DNA of 24,000 nucleotides. Source: Mollicutes bacterium LVI A0039 (lineage in GTDB: Bacteria > Bacillota_I > Bacilli_A > UBA3375). Both the position numbers and the translations under genes were made by a program. The stretch lies in NCBI GenBank assembly GCA_033103385.1, contig CP136953.1, positions 152,018-176,017 on the forward strand, given 5' to 3'. Positions 1-7,654 of this stretch are shown piece after piece; the stretch's first letter is position 1, and each line of letters begins with the position of its first letter. Under the pieces are notes generated by a model. It was not told the DNA's origin, made no database searches, and saw only the letters and a program-made list of their open reading frames with translations.

Positions 1-481
1 GCTTTGTTTCAACTGTATGAACCATTAACTCTTGCATGTGCGGTGTGATAACCGTTGTTCCAGCAATTAATATTGCCACGAATACTGCACCTAGCGCATT
101 TCCAACATAAGTATAAACTAATACTTTCGAAAAGTTAGGTGATGAGATGTTTCCTTTAATTTTACCGATAGTCATAACCATCATATTTGATGTTAGTAAT
201 TCACTTTTAGTGTAATATATGAAAACTAACGCAAAAGCGAAAATCCACGCACCATAAAATAGTCCTAAGTTTGTTAAATTTGCTTCTTCAGTTCCAATTC
301 CGCTAAATAATGCTTCTACAGAGTAAAAAGTTAGATACATAAATGTTAGTATCCCCCCTGAGAACATTGCACGGACAAGAAACTTGGCGATGCTGCTATT
401 AGCTAGATTGGCTTTAACATCGGCAGCATGTGTTGTGTAATCAATAAAGTCTTGATCTAAATTAGTTTGTAACTGTTTCAT
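1..481 (-). CDS. Formate/nitrite transporter (FNT) family channel, N-terminal part; the gene runs off the left edge
   Basis: Absent from the ORF track because it is truncated. Manual translation from the ATG (complement of 479-481) gives MKQLQTNLDQDFIDYTTHAADVKANLANSSIAKFLVRAMFSGGILTFMYL...YTKSELLTSNMMVMTIGKI...YTYVGNALGAVFVAILIAG. The S-E-L-x-T-x-N and GNxxGA motifs, in hydrophobic context, are typical of FNT channels. An AAGGGG SD lies 8 nt upstream. Confidence 0.65.
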   Translation of the reverse strand, partial: MKQLQTNLDQDFIDYTTHAADVKANLANSSIAKFLVRAMFSGGILTFMYLTFYSVEALFSGIGTEEANLTNLGLFYGAWIFAFALVFIYYTKSELLTSNMMVMTIGKIKGNISSPNFSKVLVYTYVGNALGAVFVAILIAGTTVITPHMQELMVHTVETK

Positions 482-500
482 TAATAACCCCTTTTATTTA

Positions 501-528
501 AAAAAAAAGAAACGAAAGGTTTCTTTTT
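501..528 (-). terminator. AT-rich rho-independent terminator downstream of rpmG
   Basis: Core stem GAAAC (509-513) / GTTTC (519-523) with a 5-nt loop. The stem can be extended by the flanking A-run and T-run. It lies 9 nt after the rpmG stop, and a U-run follows on the minus-strand transcript. Confidence 0.5.
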
Positions 529-536
529 AAAAATTC

Positions 537-689
537 TTATTTCTTTTTCTCTCTGTGAGTAGTTGATTTATTACATTTTGGACAGAATTTTTTTAAATCC
601 ATACGATCTGGATGATTTCTTTTGTTTTTCTTAGTAATGTAGTTTTCCATTTTACATTCTGTACATACCATAGTGATATTTTCTTGCAT
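537..689 (-). CDS. rpmG: 50S ribosomal protein L33 (zinc-ribbon, Cys-containing form)
   Basis: 50-aa ORF below the ORF-track size cut-off: [50 protein letters not shown]. It shows the classic L33 pattern (CxxC...NY.T.KNKRN.P.R.ELKK.CP.C...T.H.E.K). An AGGAGG SD precedes the ATG. Confidence 0.9.
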   Translation of the reverse strand: MQENITMVCTECKMENYITKKNKRNHPDRMDLKKFCPKCNKSTTHREKKK

Positions 690-722
690 GGTTCCTCCTA
701 AGTTTTTTATTAAACCTTAAAT

Positions 723-752
723 ATTATACCAAAACTTTACATGTCGTGGCAA
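723..752 (-). promoter_or_regulatory. Candidate sigma-A promoter for rpmG
   Basis: On the minus strand: TTGCCA (747-752), an 18-nt spacer, then TATAAT (723-728) preceded by a TGg extended -10. Confidence 0.45.
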
Positions 753-799
753 TTTTTTTTAAATATTGTACAATTAAATTTAAGTTGCTAAATACGCGA

Positions 800-1729
800 C
801 TATTTTCGCGAGTCCGTAATTACGAAAAATAGCACACCGGCGATCGCTCCCCCAAGGTGTCCGGCAATCGAGATTCCAGGAACAAATAAGGTGAATGCGA
901 TGTTTAAACCAAATGTTCCTAAGACGTTACGCTTGTGGACTGGATCAGTTCCGTGTTTCATCATAAAGCAGATAAAATAAGCAAATAATCCATACAATGC
1001 CCCACTAGCACCAGCCGTAACCGTTAACGGATTTGACATCAATACGACAACCATCCCCGAAATAAACAAACTTGATAAATACAGGATTAGGAATTTAGTT
1101 GTCCCTAAAACTCGCTCCAACATCGGCCCGACACTTTGTAAAAATGTCATATTAAAGAAAATATGCATAATTGAAAAATGGGTAAATCCAGCAAGCAAAA
1201 TCGATACATACGTAAGTGGATTAAGCAGGGACATCGTTCCCACAATATATTGAATTTCAAATCTACCAACAATTAGGTTAATCGCAAAGACAATCACATT
1301 TAATGCGACAATGATTATCGTCACACTACGATATTGACTGCGATACTGCTTGCGGTATTGATTAAAATAGTCACTAGTTTCTGGAGTTGCAATAAACTCT
1401 GAGCGATCAACTTTATCACCAAACACTTGTTCAAAGTCGTAGCCGTTCACCAGTGTCTTTAACTGCTCTAAGCCAAATTGACAACCAGGACCTTCAATTA
1501 GTATTTCCGTTCCTGAAATAGCGTTGATATACGTTACCAGTTGGGCGATCTCATCTGTAAAGAGCTCGTCCTCAACCTGACTGGCGATCTCGATTAGGTG
1601 GTCGCAAAAGCTGACGCTGCTAATTCTTGAGTTACCCATTGTCGCCAAAAACCACAAGTGTGGTACATTAGCATTTTGATATAATAGATGTCGCTCTTTG
1701 TCACTTATAATAGCATATAATTTGTACAC
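800..1729 (-). CDS. Rhomboid-family intramembrane serine protease with a ~135-aa N-terminal cytoplasmic domain
   Basis: Motifs FTHFSIMHIFFNM (HxxxHxxxN), GASGALYG (catalytic Ser) and AGHLGGAIAG (catalytic His) lie in a polytopic hydrophobic C-terminal half. The start codon is GTG (1727-1729). The AGGAG SD overlaps the parC stop codon. Confidence 0.85.
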   Translation of the reverse strand: MYKLYAIISDKERHLLYQNANVPHLWFLATMGNSRISSVSFCDHLIEIASQVEDELFTDEIAQLVTYINAISGTEILIEGPGCQFGLEQLKTLVNGYDFEQVFGDKVDRSEFIATPETSDYFNQYRKQYRSQYRSVTIIIVALNVIVFAINLIVGRFEIQYIVGTMSLLNPLTYVSILLAGFTHFSIMHIFFNMTFLQSVGPMLERVLGTTKFLILYLSSLFISGMVVVLMSNPLTVTAGASGALYGLFAYFICFMMKHGTDPVHKRNVLGTFGLNIAFTLFVPGISIAGHLGGAIAGVLFFVITDSRK

Positions 1730-1737
1730 AATTACTC

Positions 1738-4146
1738 CTATAAATCAATTTTATTAGTTATATTATTTATTTCTAAACCACGTGATATAACTTTAATTTT
1801 ATCACCGATCTCTTGATCTGGCAATTTACTTAAATCAAGATTGATTGGATCTTCAAGTTCTAAATTGATTGATAATTTATCAATTTGGTCACCTAATAAG
1901 TATTTAGCAACTTGTGGGTTGGACTTCATGTTCTCATACAGTTTGTTAAACTTACCGTTTAACTCTAAATTACCCACGTTAACTTTAAAGTAGTTTGCCC
2001 CATCAGTAATTACCGTTGCAAATTGTTTTGCACCAACTGCTCCGATTGCCAAGTTATTTTTATGAAGTGGGGCAATACGACGACCGACACGCTTAGGTGT
2101 GTGCTCATCTAAATCAACAACCGCTTCAATATTGTATTCACCTTTATCGGTAACTGTCACAAGATCATCAGTAACCGTTAGTGCATTTACACTAACAATT
2201 GTATCTCCAGTTTTAGTTTTAATTCCAACCGTTTTAACGCGTTCTTTTGTAATTTCAAACTCGTCAAATAAGACATTAGTATAGTACCCTAGCGCCGACA
2301 TTGAAACAATACGCATTCCTCTTGTCTCACTCGCAACAAAACAATTAATGATTTCTGCTCCATCATTGATTTTGGCAATTGTTGAGATATGTTTACCAGT
2401 ATCTTTCCATTTACCATCAGCAATATCATAAACCGGCATATTTAAATACGTTCCATCATTGAATAAAATGTATAATGATTGTTTCGTATTGGTCTTAACC
2501 GCTGATACTAAATTATCATTTTCACCGTATACGCTATGTCCGCGACTGGCGCTGAAACTACGCATCGTCGTACGTTTAATGTAACCGTGTTTGGACATAG
2601 TTACAACAACTTCTTCTTCTTTTATTAAGTCGAGCTTATTGATTTCGATTTTCTCAATTTCATCTTCAACTTGAGTTTTACGCTTAATTGATTTATATTT
2701 GTCCAGTTCTTCTTGAAGCTCGCTACCAACAACACCAACTAGCACATCGAAGTTGTTTAAGATTGCATCTAAATCTTCAATCTCTTGGTCTAGTTCATTT
2801 TTCTCGTCACTTAGCACTGTAACATCAGTGTTCGTTAAACGATACAGTTGCATGCTAACTACCGCTTCACTTTGAACTTCGGATAATTTAAATTCTTTTT
2901 CTAAGTTTAATTTAGCATCTTTCTTATCACTACTACCGCGAATAATTTCAACTACGCGATCTAAGTTTAAAATGGCTAGCATTAGTCCATCAACAACGTG
3001 AAGACGGACCTTAGCTTTGTCAATTAAATACTTACTACGACGTAAAACAACATCACGACGGTGATCAATAAAGGCGCTTAAAATTGCTACTAAGCCCATT
3101 TGCATCGGACGACGATTATTTATGGCAATCATATTGTAGCTATAGTTTTTTTGTAAATCGGTATTTTTAAGTAAATATTGCATAATTGCCGGAGCGATTG
3201 CATCCTTTTTAAGCTTAATTACAATCTCAATGAAGTCTCCAGCACTTTGATCAATAATTTCGCTAATACCTTCGACTTTATTTTCACGACGAATAATATC
3301 AATTTTTTGAAGTAGTGTCGATTTATTAACTTCATAAGGAATTTCGGTTACAACAATTTGATTTTTCTCAATTGTATACTTACTTTTAATGACGATTTTC
3401 CCACGCCCGGTACTGTACGCTTCTTTTAAGGCGTCTTTCCCTTGAACGATTGCTCCCGTTGGAAAGTCCGGACCCTTAATAATGCGCATCAGTTCACTAA
3501 GAGTCGCATTCTCGTTTTCGTTCAACTTAATTGCGGCCTTGATTACTTCCGCTGGATTGTGGGGAGGAATATCAGTTGCATACCCCATACTAATCCCACT
3601 CGCACCATTCACTAATAAGTTAGGAATACGTGAAGGCAGAACCGTTGGTTCAAGTTCGGTATCATCGAAGTTTGGAACCATATCGATAGTTTGCAAATCG
3701 ATATCTTGAAGAATACTCGCTGCATACTCACTTAACTTCGCTTCCGTATAACGCATCGCCGCTGGTCCATCACCATCGATACTCCCGTTGTTTCCGTGCA
3801 TGATTACTAGTTGGTTTCGCATTTTCCAACTTTGTGACATTCTTACCATTGCATCGTATACTGATGTATCACCGTGAGGGTGATAGTTACCAATTACGTT
3901 ACCGACAGTTTTCGCCGACTTACGATATTGTTTATGGAAGGTATTCCCTTCTTTGTTCATCGAGTATAAGATACGACGCTGTACTGGTTTTAAACCATCA
4001 CGAGCATCGGGAAGGGCACGATCTTGAATAATATATTTTGAATAATTAGAAAATCGTTCGGCAAATATATCTTCAATTGTCATATCTAAAAACGCTGATA
4101 CCATTTCGGCACTTTCAGCTTTATCAAATAAATCTGTTTGTTTCAT
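1738..4146 (-). CDS. parC: DNA topoisomerase IV subunit A
   Basis: 802 aa. It contains YSKYIIQDRALPDARDGLKPVQRRILYSM, KSAKTVGNVIGNYHPHGDTSVYDAMVRMSQ and AAMRYTEAKL (active-site Tyr). The PVQRRILY and SAKTVGN signatures and the position downstream of parE favour ParC over GyrA. The ATG overlaps the parE TAA (TAATG). Confidence 0.9.
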   Translation of the reverse strand: MKQTDLFDKAESAEMVSAFLDMTIEDIFAERFSNYSKYIIQDRALPDARDGLKPVQRRILYSMNKEGNTFHKQYRKSAKTVGNVIGNYHPHGDTSVYDAMVRMSQSWKMRNQLVIMHGNNGSIDGDGPAAMRYTEAKLSEYAASILQDIDLQTIDMVPNFDDTELEPTVLPSRIPNLLVNGASGISMGYATDIPPHNPAEVIKAAIKLNENENATLSELMRIIKGPDFPTGAIVQGKDALKEAYSTGRGKIVIKSKYTIEKNQIVVTEIPYEVNKSTLLQKIDIIRRENKVEGISEIIDQSAGDFIEIVIKLKKDAIAPAIMQYLLKNTDLQKNYSYNMIAINNRRPMQMGLVAILSAFIDHRRDVVLRRSKYLIDKAKVRLHVVDGLMLAILNLDRVVEIIRGSSDKKDAKLNLEKEFKLSEVQSEAVVSMQLYRLTNTDVTVLSDEKNELDQEIEDLDAILNNFDVLVGVVGSELQEELDKYKSIKRKTQVEDEIEKIEINKLDLIKEEEVVVTMSKHGYIKRTTMRSFSASRGHSVYGENDNLVSAVKTNTKQSLYILFNDGTYLNMPVYDIADGKWKDTGKHISTIAKINDGAEIINCFVASETRGMRIVSMSALGYYTNVLFDEFEITKERVKTVGIKTKTGDTIVSVNALTVTDDLVTVTDKGEYNIEAVVDLDEHTPKRVGRRIAPLHKNNLAIGAVGAKQFATVITDGANYFKVNVGNLELNGKFNKLYENMKSNPQVAKYLLGDQIDKLSINLELEDPINLDLSKLPDQEIGDKIKVISRGLEINNITNKIDL

Positions 4147-6068
4147 TATTTACCTCCAATCTCAAAGTCATCAACTTGCATAAAGTCGATATTTGACTCA
4201 ATCCAAGCACGTCTAGCTGATACTTCATCACCCATCAGTGTTGTAATTTGTTTTTCTGCTTCAACAATATCATCAATATTAACTCTAATTAATTGACGGT
4301 TTTCCGGATTCATCGTCGTATCCCATAGTTGATCGGCGTTCATCTCTCCTAAACCTTTATATCGCTGGATAAAGTATTTACGTTTATAGTTAGCAATGAT
4401 TTCATTTAACTGACTATCAGTCCATGCATATTTAACATTCTTATTATCAACAGTTGACACCTTATATAAAGGTGGTTGTGCGACATACACATGTCCAGCA
4501 TCGATTAACGGACGCATGTAACGGTAGAAGAATGTTAAAAGTAGAATTTGAATGTGGGCTCCATCGGTATCGGCATCGGTCATAATAATCACTTTACCAT
4601 ATTGAATTGAGCTTAAATCAAAGTCACCACCAACACTCGCACCAATTGTATTAATAATTGTTGCCAGCTCTTCGTTTTTTAGAATTTCTTCAAGTTTCGC
4701 TTTTTCGGTATTTACTACCTTACCTCGAAGTGGTAAAATCGCCTGTGTTTTACGGTTACGTCCTTGTTTGGCACTACCTCCGGCCGAGTCCCCCTCGACT
4801 AAGAAAATCTCACGATCTTCAACCTTTTTAGTTTGCGCTGGCGTCAGTTTACCTGATAGAATCATATCTTTTTTATTACTTTTCTCTTTACGCGATTCAA
4901 GTCTAGCTTTTTTGGCTGCTTCACGAGCATTTTTAGCCTTGATCGCCTTATCAATGATCTTCACAATCTCCGTTTTATTTAAATCAAAATAGGTAAGTAA
5001 ATGGGTATAAACAATATTTTCAACAATCCCTCTCGCTTCGGTTGTCCCTAGTTTACTTTTAGTTTGTCCTTCAAACTGTAGTAAGTTTTCGGGTACACGT
5101 ATCGAAATGATCGCAATTAAACCTTCACGAATATCCGAACCTTCAAAGTTCTTCTCCTTCGCTTTTAACAAACTATTGTTTCTTGCATACTCATTTAACG
5201 CTTTCGTAAGTGCTGTTTTATATCCTACTTCGTGAGTTCCCCCATCTTTAGTACGAACGTTATTAACAAACGATACAACTTCTTCGTTATAGCTATCATT
5301 ATATTGCATAGCAATATCAACTTCAATATCCATATTGTTGTTTTGGATTACGATCGGCTTGCTAATTGCTCGTTTGTTTAATGATAAGTGCTCAATGAAC
5401 GCTAATAATCCATTTTCGTATTTAAACGTAAATTCAACCGGTTCTTCGGCGCGATTATCAATACACACCATCTCTAAATTATGAATTAAGAAGGCACTCT
5501 CTTGCATTCTTTTCGTAATTGTTTTGAAATTGTAGATTGTTTCACTAAAGATTTCCGGATCAGGCCAGAATGTAACCTTTGTTCCTGTCTTACGGCTACT
5601 TTTTACACGCTTTAGTTTGCTAACTGTACTTCCACCATCAGCGAAAGTTTGCGTCCACTCAGCACCATCACGATTTACGACTAATTCTAGTTTCGTCGAT
5701 AAGGCGTTTACCACCGACGAACCAACCCCGTGTAATCCTCCGGCTGACTTATAACCATCTCCACCAAATTTACCACCAGCATGTAGCGTCGTAAAGATAA
5801 CTTCAGATGTCGCCACTCCTGATTCGTGCATGTCAACAGGCATTCCACGACCAAAATCCTCAACGGTAATTGAGTTGTCTTGATTTACAGTTACAATAAT
5901 CTTATCTCCGTGTCCATTTAAGGCTTCATCGATTGCATTATCAACTATTTCCCACACTAAGTGATGTAATCCACGATGATCGGTTGAACCGATATACATT
6001 CCTGGACGCTTACGTACCGCTTCTAAACCTTCCAGGATTTTAATACTACTAGAATCATATTTTGCCAC
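4146..6068 (-). CDS. parE: DNA topoisomerase IV subunit B
   Basis: 640 aa. It has a GHKL ATPase domain (LEGLEAVRKRPGMYIGSTDHRGLHHLVWEIVDNAIDEA), a Toprim domain (EIFLVEGDSAGGSAKQGR; IMTDADTDGAHI) and PLYK. It sits directly upstream of parC, the order seen in Firmicutes. GTG start with an AAGGAG SD 5 nt upstream. Confidence 0.85.
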   Translation of the reverse strand: MAKYDSSSIKILEGLEAVRKRPGMYIGSTDHRGLHHLVWEIVDNAIDEALNGHGDKIIVTVNQDNSITVEDFGRGMPVDMHESGVATSEVIFTTLHAGGKFGGDGYKSAGGLHGVGSSVVNALSTKLELVVNRDGAEWTQTFADGGSTVSKLKRVKSSRKTGTKVTFWPDPEIFSETIYNFKTITKRMQESAFLIHNLEMVCIDNRAEEPVEFTFKYENGLLAFIEHLSLNKRAISKPIVIQNNNMDIEVDIAMQYNDSYNEEVVSFVNNVRTKDGGTHEVGYKTALTKALNEYARNNSLLKAKEKNFEGSDIREGLIAIISIRVPENLLQFEGQTKSKLGTTEARGIVENIVYTHLLTYFDLNKTEIVKIIDKAIKAKNAREAAKKARLESRKEKSNKKDMILSGKLTPAQTKKVEDREIFLVEGDSAGGSAKQGRNRKTQAILPLRGKVVNTEKAKLEEILKNEELATIINTIGASVGGDFDLSSIQYGKVIIMTDADTDGAHIQILLLTFFYRYMRPLIDAGHVYVAQPPLYKVSTVDNKNVKYAWTDSQLNEIIANYKRKYFIQRYKGLGEMNADQLWDTTMNPENRQLIRVNIDDIVEAEKQITTLMGDEVSARRAWIESNIDFMQVDDFEIGGK

Positions 6069-6077
6069 ATTTACTCC

Positions 6078-7046
6078 TTATTTAACGTTTTTAATTACTT
6101 TTTTTGCAAGCTCTACATAATATTCATTAAGCTCTTGACCAATCGGAATTGATGCTAAAATCGGCAGTTGATATAAGTCGCTGATTGTTTTAGCGCCATC
6201 TTTCCCGAATATATAATGTTTAGCACCTTCGACTTCATAGTAAGCCATATTTTCAACTAATCCGATACTGCTAAACCCAAGTTCGTTACCAACTTGAATT
6301 ACTCGCTCAGCCACATAAGCTGCATCCGCACTCGGTGTTGTCACATACAGGGCATTCACTTCATCAATCAAATTATTGATGTTTAGTAATACATCTCCAG
6401 TTCCCGGAGGCATATCGATGACCATGTAATCAAGATTGGGATTCCATAAAACATCGAACACAAAATGCGTTAGTAAACTATTTAGCTTTATTCCTCGCCA
6501 AATAATCGCTTTGTTCTCGGTGTTTGGTAAAAAGTGATGCGCTGAGATAATTTCAATTCCCTCAGGATTAGTTACCGGCATGATATTACCGTCGATCACT
6601 TTCGGCTCAGCGACGGCATCGGCGATTGCTGGGATGCTATATCCGTAAATATCGGCATCGATCATCCCCACTTTTGCTCCTTGGTTGGCAAGTGCCTTTG
6701 CTAGTCCGACGGCCACATTACTCTTTCCAACCCCACCTTTTCCACTCATTACCGCAATCACTTTGGTTTTGGCGTTAATACGTGATGTCGGTTCCGGAGC
6801 AGTTTCTGGTAAGTAGCTAATCTTGACCCCTTTAATTCCTAAATCGATCTTGCATATTTTGATAACTTCACGTTCGATTTGACGGTTGAGGTTACTGTCA
6901 TCACCTAAGTGTTTCGCAGTGATTAAAACTTTGTCATCAGCCTGATTATAGTTAATTTCGACGATAAACTGGTCAACCTCGATATTTTGGTTTGTATACG
7001 GGTTTGTCAGCCCTTTAATTAAATTCTGTATTTGTAATTCCATCAT
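6078..7046 (-). CDS. Mrp/ApbC/NBP35-family P-loop ATPase with an N-terminal DUF59-like domain; atypical because it lacks the CXXC motif
   Basis: Deviant Walker A VMSGKGGVGKSNVAVGLA, MIDADIYG, VIDMPPGTGD and GLVENM. The start is uncertain: ATG at 7046 or 7043, just after AAAGGAG. The GTG at 7067 used in the ORF track has no SD. Confidence 0.75.
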   Translation of the reverse strand: MMELQIQNLIKGLTNPYTNQNIEVDQFIVEINYNQADDKVLITAKHLGDDSNLNRQIEREVIKICKIDLGIKGVKISYLPETAPEPTSRINAKTKVIAVMSGKGGVGKSNVAVGLAKALANQGAKVGMIDADIYGYSIPAIADAVAEPKVIDGNIMPVTNPEGIEIISAHHFLPNTENKAIIWRGIKLNSLLTHFVFDVLWNPNLDYMVIDMPPGTGDVLLNINNLIDEVNALYVTTPSADAAYVAERVIQVGNELGFSSIGLVENMAYYEVEGAKHYIFGKDGAKTISDLYQLPILASIPIGQELNEYYVELAKKVIKNVK

Positions 7047-7079
7047 ACTCCTTTTGAAATTTAGCACTCTTTATATATT

Positions 7080-7108
7080 ATCATATATCATCTAATTTTA
7101 CACAGCAA
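7080..7108 (-). promoter_or_regulatory. Candidate promoter of the mrp-parE-parC-rhomboid operon
   Basis: On the minus strand: TTGCTG (7103-7108), a 17-nt spacer, then TATGAT (7080-7085). Confidence 0.35.
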
Positions 7109-7152
7109 ATGCGCAAAATAGTAAATCTGAACTTTACGCAAAAATAGAACAT

Positions 7153-7183
7153 TTGTACATCTTTTACAAATAATTGGTATAAT
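7153..7183 (+). promoter_or_regulatory. Candidate promoter of ssrA
   Basis: Extended -10 TGgTATAAT (7175-7183) lies 13 nt upstream of the tmRNA 5' end. A weak TTGTAC -35 (7153-7158) sits at 19-nt spacing. Confidence 0.5.
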
Positions 7184-7196
7184 AGATATGCAATCT

Positions 7197-7540
7197 GGGG
7201 GTGTAATGGCTTCGACAGGATTGTTACTTGTTACTTTTGCAGTCATCGTGTCGATGTAAAACTCACGTTAAAGAATAAACGGAAACTTTAATTCTAACTT
7301 AGCAGCTGCGTAATCGCGCTGCTCATCTCCTTTAGTTTTGTCTTCGAACTTTAGATAGATGTCGATAGAGGACTTACACCCAAGTGGTTCCTGACGCTTG
7401 TGTGGAAATTTACTAGGATCGATTGCGATAATTTTCGTATCATTTTCTAATCGTAATTTAAACTTTAAAATGAAACTAAACTGTAGACGGAGTAACAAGG
7501 ACTTTTTTGGACGCGGGTTCGATTCCCGTCACCTCCACCA
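7197..7540 (+). ncRNA. ssrA: tmRNA (transfer-messenger RNA, SsrA)
   Basis: The 5' end GGGGGTGTAATGGCTTCGACAGG and the 3' end GGACGCGGGTTCGATTCCCGTCACCTCCACCA form a tRNA-Ala-like acceptor stem (GGGGGUG/CACCUCC) with the G-U identity pair and a T-arm. The internal tag reading frame ends AAC TTA GCA GCT GCG TAA (..NLAAA*, stop at 7311-7313). Confidence 0.95.
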
Positions 7541-7544
7541 AATT

Positions 7545-7588
7545 AAGATTATTTAAGTTAGCAACGCTAATTTAAGTAATCTTTTTTT
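7545..7588 (+). terminator. Rho-independent terminator of ssrA
   Basis: 17-bp stem between 7545-7561 and 7567-7583 (two G-U wobbles), a 5-nt loop and then a run of T. Confidence 0.8.
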
Positions 7589-7595
7589 AATGCAC

Positions 7596-7624
7596 TTTAC
7601 TAGTAATCAATATTAATCTATGAT
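7596..7624 (+). promoter_or_regulatory. Candidate promoter of xth
   Basis: TTTACT (7596-7601), a 17-nt spacer, then TATGAT (7619-7624). An AAGGAG SD lies before the ATG at 7655. Confidence 0.45.
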
Positions 7625-7654
7625 AATATTGTTTAAAATATCTTAAGGAGAACA

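Noticed and set aside
762-775. 10-bp perfect palindrome ATTGTACAAT upstream of the rpmG promoter
   Set aside because: It is short and AT-rich, so it is expected by chance in a genome of this composition. No partner site or regulator suggests a function.
2099-4992. Four short plus-strand ORFs (2099-2284, 3482-3709, 3834-4031, 4768-4992) inside parC/parE
   Set aside because: All are antisense shadow ORFs of 61-75 aa within genes that carry strong topoisomerase motifs. None has an SD.
1738-6068. Alternative call of these two genes as gyrB/gyrA
   Set aside because: The A subunit has the PVQRRILY and KSAKTVGNVIGNYHPHGD motifs and an ~800-aa length with a ParC-type N-terminus (FAERFSNYSKYIIQDRALPD). 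This differs from the GyrA pattern (PVHRR, DYAMSVI). The locus has no dnaA/dnaN/recF context, so topoisomerase IV is favoured.
7268-7498. 76-aa minus-strand ORF from the ORF track
   Set aside because: It lies entirely inside the tmRNA gene on the opposite strand. It has no SD and a low-complexity, implausible sequence. The region is fully explained by ssrA.
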